The translations under genes and the position numbers were made by a program. The notes beneath the pieces were generated by a model. The model saw only the letters and a list, made by a program, of their open reading frames with translations, searched no databases and had not been told where the DNA came from. A DNA stretch of 64,000 nt. Source: an uncultured delta proteobacterium (GTDB lineage Bacteria; Desulfobacterota; Desulfomonilia; Desulfomonilales; Desulfomonilaceae). How positions within the stretch are numbered: position 1 is the stretch's first letter; every line of letters starts with the position of its first letter. The stretch spans positions 128,001-192,000 of the forward strand of contig CAWBKB010000001.1 of the NCBI GenBank assembly GCA_963789265.1. Reading direction: 5' to 3'. Below are positions 32,678 to 42,658 of the stretch, piece after piece.

Positions 32678-35600
32678 TCAGTTCACTTCCCCCACCAAAA
32701 TAAAAGGAGCCCAGTAAAACGGATGGTCGTAACCTGCCTTCCGGATCTCGTCTCGGGCAAGTCTCAGCGCTTCGAGTTTATTCTTCCCTTCCTTGAGATG
32801 CTTGAAGAAGCTTTCCACGAGATTGACGGAAGCTGTTTCGGAAACGCTCCACAGGCTCATCAAGACACTTTTTGCGCCTGTGTACTGAAATGCCCGGCCC
32901 ATTCCCATCGTGCCTTCACCTGAGATGCGTCGCCCGAGACCTGTCTGACATGCGGTCAGCGCGGCTATGTCCGCGTTGATCTTCAAGCCCATGACTTCAC
33001 TCAATCTCAGGAAACCATCCTGGCCCTTGGGCTCACCGACAAGGCTGAGTACCAGGACAGGCTCTTGTATTCCGGGTAAGTCTTTCCCAAAATATCCGTG
33101 GGTGGCAAATACGAGAGAGCGATACGAAGTGAGGTCTTTCCCGAGAAGGACCGACTTTTTGGCGGTCATGCCTTCATACAGGTCGGTCTTAGAAGGGTCC
33201 GATTTTTTCAAGGCCTTACCGAGTTCATCGGTGAGCGGAAGCCTGGGAAAAGTTAGGCCGCTCTCTGTTTCTATAGACATGGTCAAATCTTTCGGAAGCG
33301 TAGCCAAAAGCCTGTCCTTCTCCTGTTTGGCAAGTTTCACCAGACGCGGATCGTCACTTGAAAAGACAGGATCAACCATTGCTAATAGTTTCTGTCCGGG
33401 CTTCTGCTGCTTCCCGAGGGTTTCTTGCCAGAGTCAGGGCCGTAATTGACTGATAGTAAGAAATCGGATTGCGATCACCGAAGAATTCAGCACCGGAAGT
33501 TTGAGGTCTTTTATTGTCTTTTATGAACTTTCCGCCATCGTTGAAGACAAGCATCTCGAACGGCACGACTCCAAGGGAACCATCAGGGACAATGATAACC
33601 GGAGTATTCTTGGGCAGGTCAGGGAGGATGTCGGAAAGAAGAATGTCTGAAAGTTTCTTGCCGGATTTGAAGTCAAATTGACTGAGTTTCTTTGCGAGAG
33701 AATCATCAGGTCCCAGTTCCATAGGCTGGCGGAATTTTCTGACCAGTTCGTCAATCTCTTTTCTCGGAGTGGGTTTGAAAAGTCCTTTTACGAGATTCTT
33801 GCCTTTCGTGAGGTAAATTATGATTCCCGGATCGGTAACATGATAAGCCAACACCCATTCATTATCTTTCAGGGCGGATTGATCCAAACTCATCGGTTGA
33901 GGATACTTGGTTGCAGCGAAGAGCGGATACTGCTTGCGGAGCATATCCACATGAGCAGTCAGTTTCTGTTTGGCTTCCTTCACCTGAGGTTCAAGGACGG
34001 CTATCACTTCCTTGTTTTGCTTCTGATAAGCCTTCTGGAGATTTTTTGTCAGCGCGGCCAACTCATTCGTGAGTTGAGAGTCCTTGTCACGAATATCCTT
34101 TGGAACATCCGCACCAGCATACTCGCTCCTTTTGGATATGGATTCAGCAAAGATTCTGGCTCTGGTGTACTCGGACTCTTTGATTGCCTCCACGGGGCGG
34201 TTCATCTTTGCAAGTACGTGGGCAAGCCCCTCGTACGGCGCTGTCCGGTAAAATCCACCTATTCTCACATCAAAGAAAGTTTCGTGCTCCGTGGGGTTGA
34301 GGCTTGATCTGAGTTCCTCAGTGTATTCTATAGCCTTTCGGTAATATTCCATTGCATGGGGATTATCACCCATGCCTTCATAAGACATGCCTAGACCATT
34401 GTATGCGGTGAAAAGGTCGTCGGCATTTCTGTTTTGCTCGGCACTTTTCAGAAGGCTCTCATAGGAGTTCTTGGCTGACGGATAATCGGCTTTAACGAGG
34501 TATAGTCTACCAATAGAACTGGGGTAGTTTGCCTCTTTGATGAACGATTCGGCTCTTCCAATCTCACCCTTGTCGAGGTAGAGGTTCCCAATCGAATCTT
34601 TGGGCCATCCTGGGGAGACCCCGATCTTCTGGTAGATTTCCAGCGCCTTTTGAAAACCCGCCAAAGCCTTGTCGTACTCGCCTTGGCTGCGATAGACTTC
34701 TCCCAGATTGGTGAGAGTCACCCCTTCTCCCCTCACGTTCCCGATCTTCCTGCAAATTGCCAGGTCTTTCTCGTAAAACTCCACTGCCTTGGTATACTGA
34801 CCCAACTCCTTATATACGAGCCCCAGACCGCCCAGGCTATTCCCTTCACCATCCACATTTCCCATCTTTATCTTGATCTCCAGAGACTTCTCGTAATACT
34901 CTATTGCCTTCGTGTACTGGCCCCACCTCAGATACACATTCCCCAGGTTGTTCAGGGAGCCTCCTTCGCCCTTAAGGTCCCGGAGCTTCTGGGAGATGGC
35001 AAGGGACTTCTCGTGATACTCCGCCGCCTTCGCATACCGGCCCCAGTCCTCATTCACATTCCCCAGATTCATCAGGGCATCGGCTTCGGTACTCTGATCA
35101 CCGATCTTGCGTGCAATTTCCCGGGACTTCTCGTGATACTCCACCGCCTTCGCATACTGGCCCCAGTCATCGGTACACGACGCCCAGGGCGTTCAGGGAG
35201 ATTCCTTCGTCCTTGCGGTCCCCGAGTTTCCGGAAGATGGCAAGGGACTTCTCTTGATACTCCGCTGCCTTCGCATACTGGCCCAAGTCCCTATACACTA
35301 GCCCCAGGTTGCCCAGTGCATGCCCTTCTCCCCTCACGTTCCCGATCTTCCTGCAGATTGCCCGGGACTTCTCGTAGAATTCCATTGCCTTGGAATTCTG
35401 GCCCCAATTCCAATATACGAGGCCCAGGTTGTTCAGAGCATTCCCTTCACCCTTTACGTCTCCGATCTTTCTCTTGATCGGGAGAGACTTCTCGTAGAAT
35501 TTCACCGCCTTGGAATACCGACCCCAATAGTAATAAACGGTCCCAAGGTTGTTCAAAGCATTCCCTTTGGCCAGGACGTCCCCTGTCTTTCTCGATATCT

Positions 35601-36027
35601 CCAGAGACTTCTCTAAGCATTCCACTGCCTTAGGATACTCACCCAAAGCCTTATATACGATCCCCAGGTTGCCTAGCGTTTGTCCTTCACCCTTTACGTC
35701 TCCGATCTTTCTCTTGATCCCAAGAGACTTCGTGTAGAATTCCACTGCCTTGGTATACTGACCCCTAGCCGCGTAGATCAACCCTACACTGGTGCAAGCT
35801 AATCCGAGATTCTTTCGTTCCTTGACCCTCTGGTAGATGGCTATGGCCTGGAGGAATTTCTGCTCCGCCTTTTTCAGGTCTGCGTTGGATCGGGCTTTTT
35901 GTTGCAGAGCATACGCTTCCTTGTGGAGGCGTATCGCATCCTGCCTGGACTGGGCCATCAGCGGCGATGAAACAAGAATACAAAGTGCGGCTATTATTGC
36001 CGGGACAAGAAAGATTCGCTTGAACAT
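32678..36027 (-). CDS. Secreted TPR-CHAT protease 2 (two 1-bp insertions)
   Basis: Three ORFs join at about 35172 and 33422; ten 40-aa units; FATHG and LTACQT. Confidence 0.9.
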
Positions 36028-36056
36028 GGCAGACTCCTAACGAATCAAAAGAAATT

Positions 36057-36092
36057 TCAGTTCACTTCCCCGACCAGAATATACGGAGCCCA
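36057..36092 (-). pseudogene. Last ~11 codons of a CHAT gene
   Basis: WAPYILVGEVN*. Confidence 0.65.
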
Positions 36093-36245
36093 TTTTTTCA
36101 CCACAGAGACACTGAGGACACAGAGGCCCTACGCGGGCGGCGAATATTTTCTTCGAGTGACCTTCTCAATTTCTACGGGCCTCCATGCTAATTACAGTCA
36201 TGGCCGTGCGCCGAGCACCTCAGTGATCTCCGTGTCTCTGTGGTT
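36085..36245. repeat. MITE-like element, related copy at 51605-51752
   Basis: TTTTTTCACCACAGA...GGCCCTACGC..GCGGCGAATA...CTTCGAGTGACC...TGGCCGTGCGCCGAGCACCT...GTGTCTCTGTGGT in both. Confidence 0.7.
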
Positions 36246-36260
36246 ATTTTCGTCTTTCTA

Positions 36261-36557
36261 TCACTTCACTTCCCTCACCAATATGAACTGGAGCCCAGTA
36301 AAACGGATGATCGTAGCCCGCCTTTCTTACTTCATCCCGGCCCAACTTTAATGCCTCCAGTTTGTTCTTCCCTTCCTTGAGATGCTTGAAGAAGCTTTCC
36401 ACAAGATTGACGGAAGCTGTTTCGGGAACGCTCCAAAGGCTCATCAATACACTTTTCGCGCCTGCGTACTGGAAGGCTCGGTCCATTCCCATAGTGCCTT
36501 AACCGGAGATGCGACGAAAACCAACAACAATGCTACCAAAACAGCTTGCTTGCTCAT
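36261..36557 (-). pseudogene. TPR-CHAT relic: signal peptide joined directly to the CHAT C-terminus
   Basis: MSKQAVLVALLLVFVASP, then GTMGMDRAFQYAGAKS...HPFYWAP. Confidence 0.85.
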
Positions 36558-36586
36558 CCTGGTCACCCCTTGAGAAAATTTGTAGT

Positions 36587-36786
36587 AATACCAATGCGCC
36601 ATCAAACAAGTGACAATCTTAGACAGGATATAGTGGGGCAGGCATCCTGCCTGCCATTCGTCACCCCGGACTTCGATCCGGGGTCCAGTCTGGATGCCCG
36701 TGTACGCGGGCATGACGACAGGCAATCACGCCCGGGCGTGACTGTCCCACTAAAAGCACAGTGTCACTTGTTTGAAAGCGAATCGG
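36587..36786. repeat. Composite REP block, paralogous to 17328-17566
   Basis: Same flanks as 17328-17566, with the core inverted. Confidence 0.75.
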
Positions 36787-36891
36787 CATAAATCGGCATG
36801 GCTCTTACGAGCAATTTGGACTTATTTTGCCCATCCTATTCGAGAATCATTCAAGCGCACTGTTATGCGCCATAGTTGGCCCTTTGAAGCC

Positions 36892-38538
36892 CTATCGGCC
36901 CTTGTGCCAAAACCAGACGGAGTGAGCCACGTCCAATTTGGCTGATTCAATGGCGTTGGACCACTCTTCGAAAGACCGTGTCTTGCGGTCACCACTGGTA
37001 AGCTTGGCCTTTCTCACTATGGCCTTTGAAATTCCCATAATTTCGTCCAGAGTACTACGAGTTTCCTGGGTTACTTCTGCACCTGCGTTCTGATCCCCTC
37101 CATGTTGTTTGATGTCTTTGGCCTCTTTTTCCAGATCTTCGAGCACAGCATTCTTGCTTCGAGACGCCACCACGTAGATTTTTTCTTTGCCTTCAGTATT
37201 ATCAAGCCTGGCCCATGCATCTTTCGCAGGTATCCAGTAAATCTTGCCCCCTTTCAACGGATTCTCCAACCTGTTTTCAGGTGTGAGAAACTCCGTCCCG
37301 GGAAACAACCTAGCGATATTCCCATGTGTGTCGATCTGGTACACGTAAACATAGCTGGTGGTATGGGGCCGGAAACCTATCTGGAAGTTCTGTTGGGAAT
37401 ACAACACAGAACCGTTGGTTATGGTGACGTCGCCGCAGAGAGGATCATTGCATTCTGCTACGCCTTCCGGGGGATTCAAACAAACGGCGTTGGTACACCT
37501 GGGGTCTTGGGCGACAAACCAAACATCCAGTTTGAGAGTGTCGTCCAGGTGCTCAAGGACCGATACGGGAAACTTGCCGCTCACGGCCCCTTCTATCTGA
37601 GGATGCTGCGCGCCCTCGGTTTCGTCCTTTGTCCGCTCATAAACATAATCGTAGATGTTTTGCAGAGTAATGACGCCGGTTCTCTGGATATCCGCTTCGC
37701 CTTTCAATCCCTTCAAGAGATAATAGGTGAAAACGCTATTCGAGAGATTAGGTTTTTCCTGGGAGTATTCGTCTGGTTTACTGGAGCTGAGAATCACCCT
37801 TCCGGTAGCGTCTTTGAACATTTTCATAAATGTTTCCATAGGGTCTTCCAGGGATTTCGTCAGTATTCTGGAGGCGCCGCCTGCGTGGCACGCATCCACA
37901 ATGAGCACGAGCCGCTTGGAATCCACACGGTCGAAGAACTTCAGGCCCGCCATGCTCACCGCGGTAGCGGCCAGATACTTGGGATCGGAATCATAGGTCA
38001 GGAAATAGAACGAGCCCGGTTCTCCCGGATCGGATCCTCCGTGACCGCTGAAAAAAAGAATCACCGAATCGTCCTTCCCAGCCTTCCGCAGATCGCCGTA
38101 AAGATATTTCTCGACTGCTTGTTTGGTGGCTTCGCGGTCGGTTAATATCCTCACGTGAATATTTTTGAAGACTTCTCGCTGGGTTTCAATGAATTGTGCG
38201 AAATCCTTGGCATCTTTCGAGGAGAGGTGGAGTTTTCGTATCGAAGGATCGGAATAGTCGGAAACGCCTACAGCGAGAGCATAAAGATCGCCTTGTCCAA
38301 GGGCCTGTCGAGCCTTGAGCCGCTGTACCACGTGGGATCGCCTGATGGCTTTTGTTCCTGCGTCATCTCCAATGGCAATTCCTTGAAAAGACGTTGCCAG
38401 AAGGGCAACCAAGGCTACGCGAAGGCATGACTGCAGGAGCGGCGTCACCATTGCCCAAAAGTGTAACTGCAATTCGATTGCCTTACTTTGATTCATAATC
38501 CGCGCACCGGCGATCTTTATTCTCTCACTGCTTCTCAT
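36892..38538 (-). CDS. Secreted caspase-family protease with C-terminal DUF4384-like domain
   Basis: Hydrophobic leader; YALAVGVSDY, FFSGHG, VDACHAG; SYVYVYQID..LFP...GKEKIYVVAS. Confidence 0.9.
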   Translation of the reverse strand: MRSSERIKIAGARIMNQSKAIELQLHFWAMVTPLLQSCLRVALVALLATSFQGIAIGDDAGTKAIRRSHVVQRLKARQALGQGDLYALAVGVSDYSDPSIRKLHLSSKDAKDFAQFIETQREVFKNIHVRILTDREATKQAVEKYLYGDLRKAGKDDSVILFFSGHGGSDPGEPGSFYFLTYDSDPKYLAATAVSMAGLKFFDRVDSKRLVLIVDACHAGGASRILTKSLEDPMETFMKMFKDATGRVILSSSKPDEYSQEKPNLSNSVFTYYLLKGLKGEADIQRTGVITLQNIYDYVYERTKDETEGAQHPQIEGAVSGKFPVSVLEHLDDTLKLDVWFVAQDPRCTNAVCLNPPEGVAECNDPLCGDVTITNGSVLYSQQNFQIGFRPHTTSYVYVYQIDTHGNIARLFPGTEFLTPENRLENPLKGGKIYWIPAKDAWARLDNTEGKEKIYVVASRSKNAVLEDLEKEAKDIKQHGGDQNAGAEVTQETRSTLDEIMGISKAIVRKAKLTSGDRKTRSFEEWSNAIESAKLDVAHSVWFWHKGR

Positions 38539-38634
38539 TTTTCTTCCATTCGTTCACGCATTTCAGCTCTTAACGATTCCCGGAGACTGCTGCATCTTGT
38601 TTTGCAATTGCGCGAGCCGTCGGTCTCCTTCATT

Positions 38635-39672
38635 TCAAGAAGATTCCGCTTCAAGCAACAACTCAGCGCCGATTCCGGTTATCCGCGATGGGATTGCGGA
38701 CAACGGCAGCCCCGTCTGAGAAATACTTCCTCGCTGCTCTTTCCCGGCCCGTTTGTAAAGCCTCCCCACTAGAGTGTAACCGCTCTTCGAAGGCAAGATC
38801 TCGAAGATGAGAACATAATTCGCGCCGGTCTTCCCTGCCGCAACTTCTGCTACCGCTGCGCTGTTTTGCGGTAGAGTTTGATCTTTCAGGGAAACCTTCA
38901 ACTTTCCGGGAGAAATGAAATTATAGAATCCTCCCAGCTTGGATGCCAGCGCAATGTCGGCATATATTTTGTCAATCTCTTCCGAGGATAATTTTATGTC
39001 TCGGGGAAGTAGAATAATTAATGCAACCTTCTGTTTAGCGACAAGAGAAGACTTGGGCGCAGTACCTTTGGAAGCCAAAGAAGCTACCTGCCAGGAGACG
39101 CTGCTGAACGCAGGGCTCAAAACAAGGCCTTCCGGTTTGTATGGGAGGACAAGCAAGAGAAGCAGGGCAGCCACGGCCGCGCCGAGGGCCAAAGAAGGGA
39201 AGTGGAAGAACTCAGTGAGTGCGCTCAAGAGATCCCGGATTGTCCGGAGATTCGGTCGACGGGCTTGACCGTACTCCTGCCGCACTGCTGCATGTATCAA
39301 TTCTCCGGTCCGGCGAGGGACAGGGGTTTTAGAAGAGTCAAGATTCTCCTTTTTTAGCTCTCTGATCAGAGAAACTTGTTCCGCGCAATCCGCACACAGC
39401 TCTATGTGATTCCCCACATTCCGCAGAACCTTTTCACCCGTCGCGAAATTGAAAAGCATTTCGGGATCCGGACAAGGTCTGACCGCCTCGGCCAATTGCT
39501 CTTTCTGTTCTTTAATGACGCTCTCCAGTTGTCTCAAATCCGCAAGTTCATGCCTGCAAGAAGAGCATTGCTTCGCGTGTTCCTCGATTTCGGAGGCTTC
39601 CTCGGGGAACTCCGCGGGCGATAGGGCCATCATGAGCCGTTCGGATATGTCGGGTCTTTGGCAAGGTGTCAT
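38635..39672 (-). CDS. Membrane-spanning zinc-finger anti-sigma factor
   Basis: Two HxxxCxxC motifs (HAKQCSSC, HIELCADC), one TM helix and an extracytoplasmic domain; directly downstream of the ECF sigma gene. Confidence 0.85.
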   Translation of the reverse strand: MTPCQRPDISERLMMALSPAEFPEEASEIEEHAKQCSSCRHELADLRQLESVIKEQKEQLAEAVRPCPDPEMLFNFATGEKVLRNVGNHIELCADCAEQVSLIRELKKENLDSSKTPVPRRTGELIHAAVRQEYGQARRPNLRTIRDLLSALTEFFHFPSLALGAAVAALLLLLVLPYKPEGLVLSPAFSSVSWQVASLASKGTAPKSSLVAKQKVALIILLPRDIKLSSEEIDKIYADIALASKLGGFYNFISPGKLKVSLKDQTLPQNSAAVAEVAAGKTGANYVLIFEILPSKSGYTLVGRLYKRAGKEQRGSISQTGLPLSAIPSRITGIGAELLLEAESS

Positions 39673-39673
39673 C

Positions 39674-40294
39674 TCAGGTCTCCTCTCTCAGGATCCCGAG
39701 AAGGCGGACAAGACATCTTTTCAGTTGAACCACAAGCGTGTTTGTCTTCACGCCCGTCCTATCGGCAATTTCTTGGAAAGAGATGTCGGAAAAATACCGC
39801 GCCTCGATCAGTTCTTTGCAACGTTTTTCCAGCTTGAACAAAGCCCTTTTCAATGAACCGAGCTCTTCCTGCTCCAGCAGCAGGTCTTCCTGGCTTTTGC
39901 CCGGATTAACACAAATGTGCGCCCCGTGGCCATCCGTTTGTGACTCGATCGGGTCCAAGGCAACCTGAGCTGAGAGTGTCTTCCGTTTGACTGCGGTCTT
40001 CTTCCGGAGCTGGGCAATGCACGTGTTGACCGCCACCTTGTATACGAAGGTGCCAAGATTGCTCTTGAATTTGAAGGTTCTCAAAGACCTGACGATCTCC
40101 GTCATGATCTCTTGGCACACATCTTCGACTTCTTGAGGGTCAAACCTCCATTTTTTCCACCCGGCCACGGACAATACCGTGCCATAATGGCCTTCAAGGA
40201 AATCATCCCAGGCCGTCCGGTCACCGGTGAGACATCCGGCTACGAGGGACCTCTCACGTTCAGCCGGACTGCCGGCCTCAGCCGAGTGCGCCAT
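39674..40294 (-). CDS. ECF-type sigma-70 factor
   Basis: Region 2 EDVCQEI...TFVYKVAVNTC; region 4 RYFSDISFQEIADRTG...LKRC. Confidence 0.93.
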   Translation of the reverse strand: MAHSAEAGSPAERERSLVAGCLTGDRTAWDDFLEGHYGTVLSVAGWKKWRFDPQEVEDVCQEIMTEIVRSLRTFKFKSNLGTFVYKVAVNTCIAQLRKKTAVKRKTLSAQVALDPIESQTDGHGAHICVNPGKSQEDLLLEQEELGSLKRALFKLEKRCKELIEARYFSDISFQEIADRTGVKTNTLVVQLKRCLVRLLGILREET

Positions 40295-40301
40295 ATCGCG
40301 T

Positions 40302-41327
40302 CTATTTCGAAAGCTTAAATTCAACTCTTCTGTTCTCCGCCCATCCATCTTCGTTATTCTTTGGGGAATACGGTTTATCAGGCCCAAAGCCCTTGGTCGA
40401 TAGTCGGACCGGGTCTATTTTAAAGTTGGTCACCAGGTAGTTCTTTATTGCTTCGGCTCTTTGGGTGGATAGCAACATGTTCTTTCCGTACTGCCCTCTG
40501 TTGTCAGTGTGCCCCTCTATTGATACCGACAGCGTGGGCCGCTCGGCAAGCTCATTTTGCAGAGCTTTTCCGAATTCCCGAAGTTCTGGCAGCGATTCTT
40601 CTTTTATGGCGTACGACCATTCATCAAATAGAATTCTGTTGGTCTGAATGCTGTTTGGGGGTTGGATCTTTCGTATCCATTTCTTTTGTAGTCCCATTTG
40701 CCTTTCTTTACTCAACCGAGCAAAGACATTCTTGGATAAAGGCTTTGCCTCTTGATACGAGGCCGAGTGACGTTGAGCTTCTTGCAACGCCTGCCTCACA
40801 CCAGGGTCGTCCTTTGCGGCCAGTGCCTTCTTGTAGGCGTCCGCGGCCATGCCGAACTGCGCTTGATTGAAAAATAGATCACCCAGGAGCGAATAATAGT
40901 GGGCCCCTTTTTCAGGGCACAATCGCAGAATGGTTTGAACAAAAAGTATCTTGTCTTCCGCCAACATCTGCTTCTCCATGCCTTTTCTCAGCGATCCCAT
41001 GACCTTCTCGGAACAGTTAGTCCCTGGAGTAGTGAGGAGAAGTCCGTCGGTCAGTTTCTCCATCAAAAGACCGTACGCCGCCTTCTTGTCGGGTGGCGCC
41101 ATTCGGTGCTTTTGCTGTAGGACGGCCAGGCACCGCTCAGCTATGTTCCGATTCTGTCCCACAAGTTTGGACAGTGTTGTTTCGGAGGCATATTCATCTT
41201 TCAGCGTCTCGACAAGCTTTGCGTAAAACGAATTGATCGATTTAGCGGCATCCTGTGCCTTGAGATTCGGACAAGGGCTCAACAGAAGGAATGCCGAGAA
41301 AACAATGGCAAAGTGCTTAGCTTTCAT
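40302..41327 (-). CDS. Secreted TPR + OmpA-C domain protein C
   Basis: Signal peptide; TPR; IEGHTD, LSTQRA, NRRVEF. Confidence 0.92.
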   Translation of the reverse strand: MKAKHFAIVFSAFLLLSPCPNLKAQDAAKSINSFYAKLVETLKDEYASETTLSKLVGQNRNIAERCLAVLQQKHRMAPPDKKAAYGLLMEKLTDGLLLTTPGTNCSEKVMGSLRKGMEKQMLAEDKILFVQTILRLCPEKGAHYYSLLGDLFFNQAQFGMAADAYKKALAAKDDPGVRQALQEAQRHSASYQEAKPLSKNVFARLSKERQMGLQKKWIRKIQPPNSIQTNRILFDEWSYAIKEESLPELREFGKALQNELAERPTLSVSIEGHTDNRGQYGKNMLLSTQRAEAIKNYLVTNFKIDPVRLSTKGFGPDKPYSPKNNEDGWAENRRVEFKLSK

Positions 41328-41363
41328 GATACCGCACATGAGGCACAAATCTCCTCTGTTAGA

Positions 41364-42473
41364 TTAGCGCTCGCCTGCGCGCACGCTGAGAATCTCAACG
41401 CGTCTGTTGGCCCGTCTCCCTGCCGTAGTTCTGTTTGTGGTCCATGCGCGGGAATCACCGGCTCCTACCGTCGAGAGAAGGGAAGACGGCACTCCGCCTG
41501 TGGTGACCAGGTATTCCTTCACTGCCCGCGCACGTCTCAAGGAAAGAGACTGGTTATAATCCTTGGACCCCGTTGCGTCGGAATGGCCTTCAATGATGTA
41601 CCGCCCTGATCTAAGAGGATCACTTTTCAGGCTGACGGCGAGTTCGTCAAGCTGTCTTTTTGTCCTGGAGGAAAGAGCAGCCGATGAAATCGGGAACGTC
41701 ACTTCGTGCAGTCTCAGTCTCGACTGGAGCTTTGAGAATTGTGGACACATGCACATGAGATTCTCTTGTTCTGTCCCCAGTCGGTCCACAATTTCAGGAG
41801 AGAGCAAGAACTTTGGATTGTCTTGGGCAATCCGGCCTCCGGCCAGTTCGAGAAGTTTCTTTGCGTGTGTGCTTTGCGGATCTATCGCGAGGATCCTCTC
41901 GAAGTAGGGCAGACTTCGCCTATACAAACCGGCATTAAGGAAAGTTTCACCCAGCCCAAGAAGGGCTTCGGAGCCATTCCTTTCAATGTTGAGGGCTTTC
42001 TCATAATTCATCACCGCATCGTCGAATCTCCCCATTTTTCTGTTTATGTCTCCGAGATTGACGTAAGCGGCTCCGTGCGAAGGGCACAATTTGACTACCC
42101 GCGCAAATTTCTTGAGTTTTTCTTCCAGGACAAGGGCTTTCAGCCCTCTTTGATAAATCTTTTCAGCAAGGGAACAATTTTTTTTACCTTTTGCAAGACC
42201 TATTAGCTCTTCAAGCTCCTGAGCGACGATCGCGTACGTGTCAGTTTTCTGTCGGTCTTGCCCCCCCTGCATTTTCTTATGAATGACATCAAGGCATTTT
42301 ACAGCCAGATTGGGTTTTGCTCGAACCAGCGCCTCCAACTTGGAGGTTCGGTCATTCTTTAGCGCACTCAAGAAATCTTTGTAGAACTCGTTCACTCCGC
42401 CGGCATGAGCGTAGGTAGAACAGATCAATATATTAAGTACGATTATGATTGCCTGTTCGCTCTGCATCCTCAT
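41364..42473 (-). CDS. Secreted TPR + OmpA-C domain protein D
   Basis: Signal peptide; two TPRs; IEGHSD, LSLRRA, NRRVEI. Confidence 0.92.
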   Translation of the reverse strand: MRMQSEQAIIIVLNILICSTYAHAGGVNEFYKDFLSALKNDRTSKLEALVRAKPNLAVKCLDVIHKKMQGGQDRQKTDTYAIVAQELEELIGLAKGKKNCSLAEKIYQRGLKALVLEEKLKKFARVVKLCPSHGAAYVNLGDINRKMGRFDDAVMNYEKALNIERNGSEALLGLGETFLNAGLYRRSLPYFERILAIDPQSTHAKKLLELAGGRIAQDNPKFLLSPEIVDRLGTEQENLMCMCPQFSKLQSRLRLHEVTFPISSAALSSRTKRQLDELAVSLKSDPLRSGRYIIEGHSDATGSKDYNQSLSLRRARAVKEYLVTTGGVPSSLLSTVGAGDSRAWTTNRTTAGRRANRRVEILSVRAGER

Positions 42474-42529
42474 TTGGAACTTCCCTTCTCTTGAAGCCAA
42501 CGTACAGTATAGTCCCACTTACTATAGAC

Positions 42530-42560
42530 ATTAGTAGGAAATTGATCGCCATGTTGACAA
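42530..42560 (-). promoter_or_regulatory. Putative ECF promoter TTGTCA-N19-ACTAAT heading the sigma operon
   Basis: Shared motif upstream of the OmpA-OmpA-sigma-anti-sigma-caspase run. Confidence 0.75.
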
Positions 42561-42570
42561 CAATCTGTAC

Positions 42571-42642
42571 ACCACAGAGGCACAGAGTTCACAGAGAAAA
42601 CCATTATTTTTCTTTCTCAGTGTCCTCTGTGTCTCTGTGGTT
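42571..42642. repeat. ACCACAGAG-type inverted repeat downstream of a CHAT gene
   Basis: ACCACAGAGGCACAGAG...CTCTGTGTCTCTGTGGT. Confidence 0.8.
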
Positions 42643-42658
42643 AATTCTTGTCTTCCTG

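Noticed and set aside
34700..35780. Regular 120-bp repeats that could be mistaken for a CRISPR array
   Set aside because: They are in-frame coding TPR units without unique spacers; no cas genes or arrays were seen in the window.
37102..38145. 347-aa plus-strand ORF and similar long antisense ORFs (15248, 23714, 34650, 57341)
   Set aside because: They overlap well-supported minus-strand genes and have no motifs of their own.
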